From NCBI GenBank assembly GCA_012295275.1, contig CM022676.1, forward strand, positions 18,662,001-18,726,000: 64,000 nt of DNA. The letters run 5' to 3'. The DNA comes from Chrysomallon squamiferum (Eukaryota > Animalia > Mollusca). This document shows positions 39,902-51,598 of the stretch, one piece after another. The notes under the pieces are model-generated. The model was not told the origin of the DNA. It saw only the letters and a program-made list of their open reading frames with translations, and searched no databases. The position numbers and the translations under genes were made by a program. Positions within the stretch are counted from its first letter, which is position 1; each line of letters starts with the position of its first letter.

Positions 39902-42900
39902 TGAAATCTTATAAACTGATCAAATTTAGAAAACAATTTGTAAAAATAACTTTGTTTCCAGACTGAGCTAGGGTGATCATTTCAGAGTTGTAAAACAGAA
40001 GAGCAGATTGTAACAGAAAGCTAAGCTCAAAACAGATAAAATACCAAAACATGTTATCCAGCAGTTTGAAGAAAAATGAGAAAAACAGAAAGTCACTGAA
40101 CATGTTCAAAATGAATTTGTTCAAGTGAATTTTAAATTAGGAAATATTATCTCCATGTCAAAAAGAGAAAAAAAAAAAAAAAAAAAATAATAATAATAAT
40201 AATAATGACAGCACACAGAGAGCTGTATTTATATATGTACAAAGATGCCTGGTTAGTATCAGATTGGAAATCTGAAGAATTAGAGGTGATGTAGAATATT
40301 CCATATAACACACACAGAATAAAACTTGTGTAGTTATTTAATACAATCATTCACTGCTTACTGTCTGTCTGAACAATACAAACTGCACATGGGTATATTG
40401 CCCACAAAAATAATATGAAAATAATGAAATAATAAAAAATAAAGTATTCTAACACTGCAATGCAGTGCATGCAAGTTACCATAGAGATGGCATGCTTAAA
40501 CATTCGTAACATGTTCCTAAAGAAAACAGACTGGACAATGACACACCACAGTAACTGTGTCATATAAAGTGTTTTATTACATGTAATTATTTCCTTTCTT
40601 ATGAAATATCTATAGTATGACATTCACAATGTATTGTTCAGACAATGTCCAATTCAGTTAACGTCACAGTTCAAAGAATTTCTCTGTGTCATGAAATGAT
40701 GCATCAACTTTAGTAATCTAATTAGAGAATCAAGAGTAGTTACCTATGTAGTAGTTACCTGTGTAGTAGTAGTGTGTTGCTAGGTAAGGTTTGTAGATGT
40801 TGTAGTAGTTACCTGTGTAGTAGTAGTGTGTTGATAGGTAAGGTTTGTAGATGTTGTAGTAGTTACCTGTGTAGTAGTAGTAGTGTGTTGCTAGGTAAGG
40901 TTTGTAGATGTTACCTGTGTAGTAGTAGTGTGTTGCTAGGTGAGGTTTGTAGATGTTGTAGTAGTTACCTGTGTAGTAGTAGTGTGTTGCTAGGTAAGGT
41001 TTGTAGATGTTACCTGTGTAGTAGTAGTGTGTTGCTAGGTAAGGTTTGTAGGTGTTGTTACCTGTGTAGTAGTAGTGTGTTGCTAGGTAAGGTTTGTAGA
41101 TGCTGTAGTAGTTACCTGTGTAGTAGTAGTGTGTTGCTAGGTGAGGTTTGTAGGTGTTGTTACCTGTGTAGTAGTAGTGTGTTGCTAGGTAAGGTTTGTA
41201 GATGTTGTAGTAGTTACCTGTGTAGTAGTAGTGTGTTGCTAGGTAAGGTTTGTAGATGAGTCTGAAGTCTTCAGCCAAACTGGGGTAACGTCCTGCCTGT
41301 GACTGACTCAGTCTTAACAGATTTTTCAACAACATCGACCTGAAATTTAAAAACAACTACAACAACAACAGTTTTAAAATTATTATTATTATTATATTGT
41401 TTTTTTCCTGGTGTATTTAAATGCAGGCATTGTGAACATTTTATTTTCATGCTAACAAATCAAACTAACTTAAAATAAAAACATATGTGCCTCACTTTTT
41501 AGATATGTTTTCTCTTTCTGTCCATAAATTAGTAACTGAAATGAATAACTTTCTATCAACATTTTATGAGTCTTTTCCCCAAAAGCAAGAAGCTGTAAGA
41601 ATTCTTTTCAAGATATGTTTTTCCATATATATTTTCATAAACAGAAATATTCTAAATGGATCATTTTCTGATTGTTTACTTTCTTAAAGTAACAACTTAC
41701 GTGGATCGTTTATGTTTACTTTCTTAAAGTAACAACTTACGTGGATCATTTTCTGATTGTATACTTTCTTAAAGTAACAACTTACGTGGATCGTTTATGT
41801 TTACTTTCTTAAAGTAACAATTTACGTGGATCATTTTCTGACTGTATACTTTCTTAAAGTAACAACTTATGTGGATCATTTTCTAATTGTATACTTTATT
41901 AAAGTAACAACTTATGTGGATCATTTTCTGACTGTTTACTTTATTAAAGTAACAACTTATGTGGATTGTTTATGTTTACTTTATTAAAGTAACAACTTAC
42001 GTGGATCGCTTTCGTGGGATGCCGTATTCACGATTAAACTTCCAGCCGACTTTAGTTCTGTCGATTCGTTTCGGAAGTTTTTCTTTTGTTGGGTCCCAGA
42101 CATGAGCCTGCATGATGTACCTCTGTACCAGCAGATCCTAGGTCACAAACAAACAAACAAACAGCTGAATAGATGAGTAAACAGCTGAATAGATGAGTAA
42201 ATAGTTGAATAAATGAGTAAACAGTTGAATAGATGAAGAAACAGGTGAATAGATGAGTAAACAGCTGAATAGATGAGTAAACAGGTGAATAGATGAAGAA
42301 ACAGGTGAATAGATGAGTAAACAGCTGAATAGATGAGTAAACAGCTGAATAGATGAGTAAACAGGTGCATAGATGAGTAAACAGGTGAATAGATGAGTAA
42401 ACAGGTGAATAAATGAATAAACAGCTGAATAAATCAATAAACAGCTGAATAAACACGGTTACTAAACATTAAACTGCAGAGAAAATCTAAGAACACTGCA
42501 CAACTGTTTAACACAGAACCATTAAAATGTGTCTAACAGTGGAAAATACAAATGTAATTTCTTTAATGACCCCACAAAATAATGTTACTAATTATAAAAA
42601 CTATTGACACATAATACTACTAATTACTATTATAATATTACTACTACTACTAGTGCTACAGTACTACAAACTACTACTACTGTTACCAATACTATAGAAC
42701 TAGAGTACTACTAGCAGTTCTATTATTACTACATTATCACTACTACTAGAACTACTGTTACTACTGCTAATGCTGTTACTACTACTACTACTACTACTAC
42801 TACTGCTGCTGCTACTACTACTACTACAACTACTGCTAAACTACTACTACTACAACTACTGCTAAACAACTATTCCTACTGTTGGTAATAATAACGAGAA

Positions 42901-43066
42901 TAAACTGTACATTTACCTGGTTTGGAATTTCAACTTTTCCAATCAAGTTCTCCAGTCTTTCAGGAAATCCTGTTCTGTGCTCACTTTTAGTGAGAATACA
43001 GGCTTGTTTAACTCCTTAAAAAATAAACTACTAAAATCAGTATACACACATACAGACACAGACACA

Positions 43067-43102
<36 letters not shown>

Positions 43103-43336
43103 CATACTCACACACACAGACACACATATATTCACTCACACACAAACACACACACAAACATAGGCATATTCAAACACACACTGACATGCATATATTCACT
43201 CACATAAACACACACTCACAAGAACACACATACATGCATGCACATACATATACACACACACAAATACGTACACAAACATACACAAATAATACAATTTTGT
43301 TTGATTCATTATAAATAAATAAATAATAATAATCAT

Positions 43337-43374
<38 letters not shown>

Positions 43375-43392
43375 TAAAATAATAATAATCAT

Positions 43393-43433
<41 letters not shown>

Positions 43434-44572
43434 TAAAATAATAATAATCATATAGTAATAATAATAATAATAATTGACAAATTAAAATGAAAATTAAATT
43501 CAGTGATCAAATAGTTTTAACAAAACACACAGGAATTTTATTTTATTATAAAAAAATATCTGGATTATACATTCAATTCATCTGAAAGGAAAATTCTTAA
43601 CTTTTTTTTTATTTTTATTTATTTTAATTATTTTATGAATATGTTTAATAAATATGTTTAATAATAAACAAGAGCTGATTTTGATTTACAAACAATAATA
43701 AATACAAGCAGATAAATAACACAAAACTGTTAAAACTGTCTCTGTATTGTATAAAGTGTACTTGATTGGGCAAAGCATGTCCTGAAACAGACAGCCTGTG
43801 AAGTAAGAAACCTGCAGTTAAATCTGTTCTCATCAGACAGAATGAGAGACCTCCTACAGAACATAACACATCCAGAGTGGCAGTCCTCCTATAGGCAACA
43901 GTTAGCAATATAATAAGTGTACCAGTCCTACAGGACATTTTAAACTAGATATCAAGAGTGGCAGTCCTCCTATAAGAACAGTTAGCAATATAATAAGTGT
44001 ACCAGTCCTACAGGAAATGTTAAACTAGATATCAAGAGTTGCAGTCCTCCTATAGGAACAGTTAGCAATGTATCAGTCCTATAGGAAAAGTTAAACTAGA
44101 TATCTAGAGTGGCAGTCCTCTTGTAATCAACATTTAACAACATATATCTATAGTGACGGTCCTCTCACAGGTTACATTTGACAAAATTACATATATATAT
44201 ATATATTTACAGTCTTTCTGGTGGAAATGTTTAAAAAGATCTCTAGAGTGACAGTCCTCTTACAAGAAACTTAATGAGGTGTCTTGAGTGGCAGTCCTCC
44301 CGCAGTGAATAAAAGAAAAAGGATTCTAACCTTCGAGGAGTCGTGTGTGGGGCAGAGCGAGGTAAGCCGGCTCCTCGTTGTAGTCTGCTCTCTCCTCCGC
44401 CTGAACTGCGCGGTAAAACCTGGGGTCCTCCACAGGCGGCTCCCAGCGTGGGTGTGGCTCCTCTACCAGTGGGTCCACTACCCTCACCCCTGTCACAAAC
44501 AAACACGTCTTAAACACAAAGCACTTTAGTATGATAATAATAATAACAGTAATAATAGTAACAATAATAACA

Positions 44573-44623
<51 letters not shown>

Positions 44624-44901
44624 GTAGCAGTAATAATAATAATAGTAATAAAAATAGTAATAATAATAATAATAAAAATAATAGTAATAATAATAATAAT
44701 AGTAATAATAATAATAGTAATAATAATAACAGTAATAATAACAATTAATAGTAATAGTATAGTAATAAGAATAATAATAATAATAAAATATAATAGTTGT
44801 AGTAGAAGTAATAGTAATTGTTGTAGTAGTATTAGTAATGATAATAATAGTAATAGTAATTTGTGTTGTAGTTATAGTAGCATTAGTAGTAGTAATAATA
44901 A

Positions 44902-44932
<31 letters not shown>

Positions 44933-46426
44933 AAGAAATCAAAATCAAAACAAAAGATTTCAAAAAGGTATTTTAAATTTTTTTAAATTTATTTCGAAAT
45001 GTATTTGTAAAATTCACTTACTGTAAATATATTAGAAAAGTATATTTTCTTTTCGTAATTATATTTGTCATGTTTTTCTGTCTCTGAATACTAGATGTAC
45101 ATTTAAACTGATTAGAGTCTGGTTATGTTAATATCTTCTGTTTCACTCTTTGTTATACAGTGACATTTACAAATGTTTCTGATTGCTAAGATGTGTTTTG
45201 TTTATAAATGCTGCCACTGAATGTTTGTACATCAATCTGCATGTGTGAATTTATGTTCAACAAATGTTTTACATCAACATTTACCTGTCTGGGTGTGTCT
45301 GGGTGTATCTCTAATTTGGTGGGTTTTTTCTCATGAACATGTTTTGTGTATTAATAATTCATATAAACAATATAATACTGAAATGTATTGTTTACATTGT
45401 TTAAATTTACACATTACACTGGTTTTGTGTGTGAATTTGTGTGTATGTGAAGACTGATGTGATTGTTTCCGGGTGTGTCGCGTGTGTGTTTATTTTAATC
45501 GTCATGCACATGGTTTTGTTTTCAGAATTTTTCAAAAGATAAAATGAAGAATCTGTGACAGCAAGCTGGAGCAGATATTCAGGCAGCCATTAGCAAATGA
45601 TGAACAACATTACAGTTTACGTAGGCTTAACATTAAGAATCCAATAAAAAAAAACCTGTAATAAACAGTTAATTATGAAAGATATATCCAAAATAATTTC
45701 TAAAAAATAAATATCAAACTGATCTTTTTAAAACATGTTCAACTACACTGACAATCAAGACAGTCACAAAACCAGTTACAACCAGAACACAAAATACTCT
45801 GACAGGTTAAATAGCCACACTGTGGTTTTTATTCATAACAAAGTTTGAACATTTAGTCATTCACACTGGGTGATGACACATTCTACACAGTGCAGTTTGT
45901 TATTTAAACATTATTTGTTCTCTTAAGGTGACATTTGAGTGTATTATTATTATTATTTTTATATAAATATTTGAACAATCAAACTGGTAATTTGTCTGCT
46001 TATATATGAATATGAATATGAATTTGAGTCGCAATCAGCCCTACTTCAGTAGTATATCCATCAACTGCTTCCAGGAAAATTTAGTAAAAATTCAATGGCC
46101 TGCTGCCCTAACATTTCTGATTAAACCCAAATCAACAGTTGCCTTGCCCTAAAAATGTATTATTCTAAACCTGCATGTTTGTGTGTGTTTGAACATCTAT
46201 TTACTTATGTGTGTTGTATCCTTGCATGATCCTAATTGTGTCAGGTGTCTGTTTGTTTGTATACATGTACGTATTCATTGTTAATTTGTGTACATCCAAG
46301 TTTACCTTTTTCTTGTAAGACTTTAGGAATTAATGGTGGAACTGCTGGGAATTTCCCTTTTCTTTCCCACAAGTCATTCCAATATCTTTTAAAATGTTGT
46401 CTTCTTAGTACTACTGTCAATCTCAT
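36729..46426 (-). CDS. MRPL37: Mitochondrial large-subunit ribosomal protein mL37; 8 coding exons
   Basis: Exons 46426-46306, 44489-44331, 43014-42917, 42137-42001, 41339-41218, 39529-39347, 38644-~38500 (3' part garbled), 37016-36729. Phases are consistent. Recognisable mL37 motifs: LLEGVKQACILTK, REYGIP, IYPISPTIDLQ, LPEPITVQCV..FIFFQLNTL..GIKNIAW. Basic N-terminal presequence MRLTVVLRRQHF. Confidence 0.9.
38500..38644 (-). CDS. MRPL37: MRPL37 exon 7 (frame broken, 3' boundary unresolved)
   Basis: ttcag|GFVKDYSHAVP, then in a shifted frame LFISNNNHWKSYQ..LFCL, fading into GT/GTT repeat. The end coordinate is approximate. Confidence 0.6.
39347..39529 (-). CDS. MRPL37: MRPL37 exon 6
   Basis: DKLINIQGLSEWLLTSNRPLPPFADEEEVDMTATKPVESIYPISPTIDLQKEHCYSLQNQT; 183 nt. 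Confidence 0.92.
40735..41258 (-). repeat. 45-57-bp tandem array of MRPL37 exon 5 3' end plus donor, 10 copies, all in frame
   Basis: Unit ATCTACAAACCTTACCTAGCAACACACTACTACTACACAG|GTAACTACTACAAC; the ORF stays open through the whole array. Confidence 0.95.
41218..41339 (-). CDS. MRPL37: MRPL37 exon 5 (proximal donor)
   Basis: SMLLKNLLRLSQSQAGRYPSLAEDFRLIYKPYLATHYYYT G|gtaact; phase 2 to 1. Confidence 0.88.
41655..42010 (-). repeat. 40/45-bp tandem array containing the MRPL37 exon 4 donor, 8 copies
   Basis: Minus-strand unit GATCCAC|GTAAGTTGTTACTTTAA..; plus-strand CTTA(C/T) at 41696, 41736, 41781, 41821 (TTTAC), 41866, 41911, 41956, 41996. Confidence 0.93.
42001..42137 (-). CDS. MRPL37: MRPL37 exon 4
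   Basis: DLLVQRYIMQAHVWDPTKEKLPKRIDRTKVGWKFNREYGIPRKRS|gtaagt; phase 0 to 2. Confidence 0.9.
42160..42452. repeat. 20-bp tandem repeat AACAGSTGAATAGATGAGTA, ~14 copies, next to the MRPL37 exon 4 acceptor
   Basis: Directly visible. Confidence 0.93.
42917..43014 (-). CDS. MRPL37: MRPL37 exon 3
   Basis: GVKQACILTKSEHRTGFPERLENLIGKVEIPNQ|gtaaat. Confidence 0.9.
43850..44300. repeat. ~70-80-bp degenerate tandem repeat AGAGTGGCAGTCCTCCTATAG...AAACTAGATATC
   Basis: Units start ~43874, 43955, 44035, 44106, with decayed copies to 44300. Confidence 0.85.
44331..44489 (-). CDS. MRPL37: MRPL37 exon 2
   Basis: GVRVVDPLVEEPHPRWEPPVEDPRFYRAVQAEERADYNEEPAYLALPHTRLLE; 159 nt. Confidence 0.88.
46306..46426 (-). 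CDS. MRPL37: MRPL37 coding exon 1
   Basis: MRLTVVLRRQHFKRYWNDLWERKGKFPAVPPLIPKVLQEK G|gtaaac. An upstream acceptor (exon start 46453) implies a 5'UTR exon. Confidence 0.82.
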
Positions 46427-46429
46427 GTT

Positions 46430-46518
46430 TAATTCTAGTATCTGCTAAATTATCTGCAAAAAGAAAATACATTAAAATGAAGATTAGTATTTACTTAATC
46501 AATCTTTTATGAAGCACA

Positions 46519-46563
<45 letters not shown>

Positions 46564-47937
46564 GTGTTTACTAATATTATTATATTTTATAACATGATAC
46601 AATGAATCGATTGAAAGTTGATATCGATATTACTTTTATTTGGATATAAACATGCACAACCAAATGGTAATTTAATGATTTATGTAATACTGTCGTTAAA
46701 ATAATATTATCTATTCATTGAATTTCTTATATAATTCTAACAGAAGGTCAAAACAGTAATTAATCAGTCACAAACTCGAGAGTGAATGCTGCACGGTTGT
46801 TTAAGGTTCTGGCTTATGATTGACCTATCAAGTATCATGTGTTACTTGTACCTGTGACATGTGGTCGACAATGATAAACGGTCAGAATTTTTGATGGTGA
46901 TGCTTATTATTATACGTTCACTTATTCCTTTTTCTAAAACATTTGTATTCATAAACTATGGATCAGAAAATCAAAAAACAAACAGTAAACCTTGTTTATC
47001 ACTAAATATAATATTAAACCTGCATCTCACCGTTTGTTTTCTGCTTGGGGACCAGTAATGGTGTTATTAAAAATATAGTGGAATATTCATAGACTTTTCA
47101 AAAATAAATGAATATTGATATGTAATAAAAGTTTAATAAATATATCATATTTAAATTAGTAATTAAAATAATGGAATTTGTGTTGTTAATATATTTATAA
47201 CTAATAAAATAGATAGCAAAAATATTTTTCACTGGTCTCCCTTCGAGTCATTTGCACCTTCGGAAATAGAAGAGTTATCGTAAGATATTGTTGATCACGT
47301 TTGCGACTTCTGTAATTATTTCTTTTGTAGAAAGATGAAAATATTATTGCAAACTATATTTCACAAATTTGTGCCTTTCAAAGCAATATAAGTCATTTAT
47401 CGAGCACTGACATTTTTTATTTTTTTTTTTTTTAATTTTAATTCATGGTTTTGCCAACTTTCCGGATACTGTTTAAAGTTAACCTAGAATTCGGACTAAC
47501 AATAACGACGAAAGCGGATTCAAAGTTCGTCGATTTTAATATCCTTATCTGTGAATCATTTTATAACTTAAAACCGAACATGCTATTATTGGTAGATAAA
47601 TGACTAGCACAGATTTCATAGCTGTTTAATCCATTAATTTTAATTAATTGTTTAGGAATGTAATCATTTAGTTACTTTGAGTGAGTTCACAAACTTTTAA
47701 TATTTAATATATTTTGAATAAAATATACACAATCTTGTCAGATTTATGCACGTACCTGTGAGAGTGAATGTTTGTCTATCTTAGAGATAGATTATATTAA
47801 ATCAGTTTCAATATTAATTTACTGACATTGCTCTATTCATTTAAATTGTTATTATAGTAGTAGTAGTATAGAATTATGGCCATTGTTATTGATATGATCA
47901 TTATTTATTTAAACTGAGTTTATATATTTAATTTCAG
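46430..47937. promoter_or_regulatory. Putative bidirectional promoter / 5'UTR region shared by MRPL37 and MTERF4
   Basis: Divergent ATGs 1.5 kb apart. Locally CpG-enriched relative to flanking introns. ETS-like TTCCGGA (~47460) and TTCGGAA (~47259); TATCGATA at 46622; possible MRPL37 UTR-exon donor (minus CG|GTGAGA) at 47030. Confidence 0.55.
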
Positions 47938-48987
47938 ATGATGAGAGTTGTATACTCAGTAACGAGAAAATGTTTGTCACTGAAAACATGGAACGTGGCT
48001 GTCACATACTGCAGACTACAGCATCGTCACGTACATCAGTACAGACATCAACTACACAGATTTCACACTCAGTCGTGTTTGTATGGAGATAAACAACATG
48101 CAGCTTTAGACGAAGTTTCCACAAAGAGTGAACAACTAAAAGATTCAGAGTCAAACAACGACACTAAAACAGAAGAATTGTCTGAATCGAGTAGACGTCT
48201 TGCTGTAGACATTTTGAACAAACTGTCCAAGATAGATAAAATGTTTCAGTCAGTGCAGGTGTACTCAGCTCAAAGACAGGTCAATGTCCTGCTGTCATTT
48301 GGAATTTGTGAAGCTGATGTTTGTGACATTCTCACTTCAAACCCCAAACTTCTACGAGAGTCAAAACTTGCAGAGTTTCTCTCATTTCTCGAGAGTTACG
48401 CTTTTAAGAAGTCAGACATTGTGACGATGTTGAGAAATGACGACGGGAACGTCATTCACAACGGACTGAAGAAAATTGAAAACACATTCAACACACTTCT
48501 GTCTGCAGGTCAGAGTTTCGAGCAAGTTACCTCCCTTGTAGCAAACCATCCTCAGGTTGTGTCAATGACGTCGAAGCAGATTTTGACTCGTTTGAATTCT
48601 CTGAAGGCTTTGTTTAAAACCGACGACGTTTTCACTCTGATTCTCAAATCTCCATCCACACTGTTTGGAGACTGGGACGAGTTTGAAGAGAAGTTCAAGT
48701 ACGTATTCCACGTGATGAAAATCACTCAGCCGCAGATGGTGAAGAGTCACGTGTTTGATCACTCGCTGAAGCATATCAAATGTCGACATGTGTTCCTGAC
48801 GCGTTCCGGTCAGTGGTTTGCTGGGAAACTGAAACCAGGCGAGAAAAGTCCAAACCCTCGACTCTCTGAAATAGTCGACCTGCCGGACGAGCGGTTCTCC
48901 ACAAAACTGGGAGGAATGAACATACTGGAATACAGAACTTTCTGTAAACTTCTAGATAAAGAAGAGAATGAAATAGAGGATGAATGA
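47938..48987 (+). CDS. MTERF4: Mitochondrial transcription termination factor family member MTERF4 (349 aa, single coding exon)
   Basis: Intact complex ORF right after an atttcag acceptor. Basic presequence and mTERF helical repeats (LTSNPKLL, VANHPQVV, ILKSPSTL). The C-terminus EEKFKYVF..SLKHIKCRHVFL.RSG..PNPRLSEIV..FCKLLDKEE plus acidic tail matches the remembered MTERF4 pattern. Confidence 0.88.
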   Translation: MMRVVYSVTRKCLSLKTWNVAVTYCRLQHRHVHQYRHQLHRFHTQSCLYGDKQHAALDEVSTKSEQLKDSESNNDTKTEELSESSRRLAVDILNKLSKIDKMFQSVQVYSAQRQVNVLLSFGICEADVCDILTSNPKLLRESKLAEFLSFLESYAFKKSDIVTMLRNDDGNVIHNGLKKIENTFNTLLSAGQSFEQVTSLVANHPQVVSMTSKQILTRLNSLKALFKTDDVFTLILKSPSTLFGDWDEFEEKFKYVFHVMKITQPQMVKSHVFDHSLKHIKCRHVFLTRSGQWFAGKLKPGEKSPNPRLSEIVDLPDERFSTKLGGMNILEYRTFCKLLDKEENEIEDE

Positions 48988-49118
48988 ACATTCTGGAATA
49001 CGGAACTTTCTGTAAACTTCTAGCTAAAGAAGAGAATGAAACTGAGGAAGAATGATTTCTGAGTTACTGAAAGATATAGATAATAATGTGTTTGATATAC
49101 TTATTTTATTTATTTATT

Positions 49119-49186
<68 letters not shown>

Positions 49187-49615
49187 ATGTTTATAGATAA
49201 GAAAATACAATAATGGATTGAATGTAATGAAACAGATATTAGTAAATTTAATTTATCAAATACTTTGTATGAGGAAATTTTAATTTGATAATGTATTTAT
49301 TTCTTAGTCAGTTTCACCTGAATTAGAACAGATGTTAAAATTTATTTAAAATAAAATTTGTATTTTAACATGAAGTCCTGATTAAATTACTAGGAAATGT
49401 AAATCACTAAATGTCTGGTCTCCATTTTTACCTTTACTACTCAGACTTTCTCACAAAGATGAGGTGGTTTAATTTCCCCGACCCACAGCATCAGCTCCAC
49501 CCTGTAAGACTGAGGTGGATAGAATCTCGTGTCACAGAAATCAACCTGGACTCCCACCACATTGTCAGATACACGCTTTTTTAATTTAAAAGAAATAATA
49601 ATAATAAAAGTAATA

Positions 49616-49663
<48 letters not shown>

Positions 49664-49850
49664 GTAATAAAATCCCTAACAAAGAAAACAAGAGACAGCT
49701 GTAATTATTTTCTGGTAGAAGAATCTACAGGGGGAGTTTCAGGAATAAGTTAAACTTGCTACAGCTTGAAGTCTTTCATTTTGATGGAAATCTCACAACA
49801 ATATTTTTTATTTCTTTTTTTAAATTCATTATTATTATTTTATTTTTTAA

Positions 49851-49935
<85 letters not shown>

Positions 49936-50678
49936 TCATATTACTTAATTATTTTAATCTCACAGTACCTTATTAACTGTCGACATTAACAAATAAAATG
50001 GTTTAACTTGGGGACTGTTCTGTTTATTTATTAATAAAAGTCTTAAAACTATTTTTAAACTTTTAACTGAGCAGCTGATCCTTGCTTGGTGGAGGCAGGT
50101 GGTCAAGTTCAGTTTCTGTCTCTTTGTGAAAGGTTACCAGACACAGTTTAAACATGACTAGATAAAACAATTTACATATCATATAAATCACTAACACCCC
50201 CCACCTTCAAACTGGCAGCTGTTTACAGGGATGGATTATAAAGGGGGGATCCCAGTTGCATGAAAACACCTCTACATTAAAAAAAAAAAATGAAAACAAA
50301 TAATACAAATTTATGTCCACATATTATGGATGTAATTCGAACTGAACTGGTTGCCAGCTTCACAGTTTGGTTTGCTGACTCTGTAGATATTGCAGCAAGC
50401 ATTGACAAAGAGATAATAAATCCAGGAACAGAGATCAGACAGTTTCAAATTACTTGCATGCTGCTTTGAAAACCTCCCCTTAGCTAAAATACAGTCCACC
50501 CTGCTGTTTATGTCTGCTGCTGAAACAGACTGTTTTGAATTGAAATCTGTTTTTTCTCTTTTAAAAACAAAATAAACTACTGAACATTCTGCCTCTTCTG
50601 TTATTTATTCATGCATTCAATGCATTATGTATTTTGTTTTGTTTGTTGTATATTACCATTAAATAAATAAATGAAATA

Positions 50679-51280
50679 CAGTCGTACTCGTCTTACGAGT
50701 GCCCCGACTTACGAGTTTTCCGAGTGACGAGCGGTCGCCCTGTTGAGTTTTTATTTCAGTTGCGACCAGAATCCGAGTTACGAGCCAGCTTCAGATACGC
50801 AGCCGCTAGTTGACGCAACGAACAACACAACATCCGTCCAGCATCCCGCGTATTACTCGTTTACATCACGTGGTTACCTCGCCGTTGAAGCATCTCTTTT
50901 GTGTTGTGCTCGCGTTTTGTGCAGTATTTTGTCAACTTTCCATGGATTCTAAGAAAGTGAGTGCAAAGGACAGTACTGAGAAGAAGAAGTCGATGATGTC
51001 CGTTGAATTAAAGATTGAATTCATAGAATAACATGAGCGAGGTGTAGATGTAGTCGACTTGCCTAGGCAGTATGAACGTAGTCCTTCTAGTAGAAGTTCT
51101 GCGATTTGTACTGTGCTGAAGCAGAAGGAGTTGATACAGGATTTAACTCTAGCCAAAGCCTGGAACGGATCAATGGTATTTCAGTTAATTTCAGTTGGGA
51201 AAATTGATTTGATATACGAGCAAATTCCGTTACGAACTCGGTCACGGAACAAATTAAACTCGTAAGACGAGGCAGCACTG
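50679..51280 (+). mobile_element. Internally deleted Tigger/pogo (Tc1-mariner superfamily) DNA transposon
   Basis: TA target-site duplication (50677-78, 51281-82). Imperfect TIRs: CAGTCGTACTCGTCTTACGAGT at the start, and the end reads CAGTGCTGCCTCGTCTTACGAGT on the minus strand. Decayed transposase N-terminal HTH from 50942 (MDSKKVSAKDSTEKKKSMMSVELKIEFIE*HERGVDVVDLPRQYERS..ICTVLKQKE); no DDE domain. Confidence 0.88.
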
Positions 51281-51555
51281 TATATGTATACATAATAGCA
51301 GTAATGATGATGATGATGATAATAATAGTAATAAAATCATAAAAACAGTACAATGTGGTGAAATATTTACGATCTTTTTCTGATTTGCTGAAACGAACGT
51401 TGTTTTTTTATTTACAGTAATATGGGTTAGAAACAGTTCAGATTGACATGGGAAAATACAAAGAAGAGAAGAAGAAGATTTAGAAAATAAATACAATATC
51501 AATAACAAATAAAATTAAGAATATGAGAATAAAAGTAATTTTCATCAACATTATA

Positions 51556-51598
<43 letters not shown>

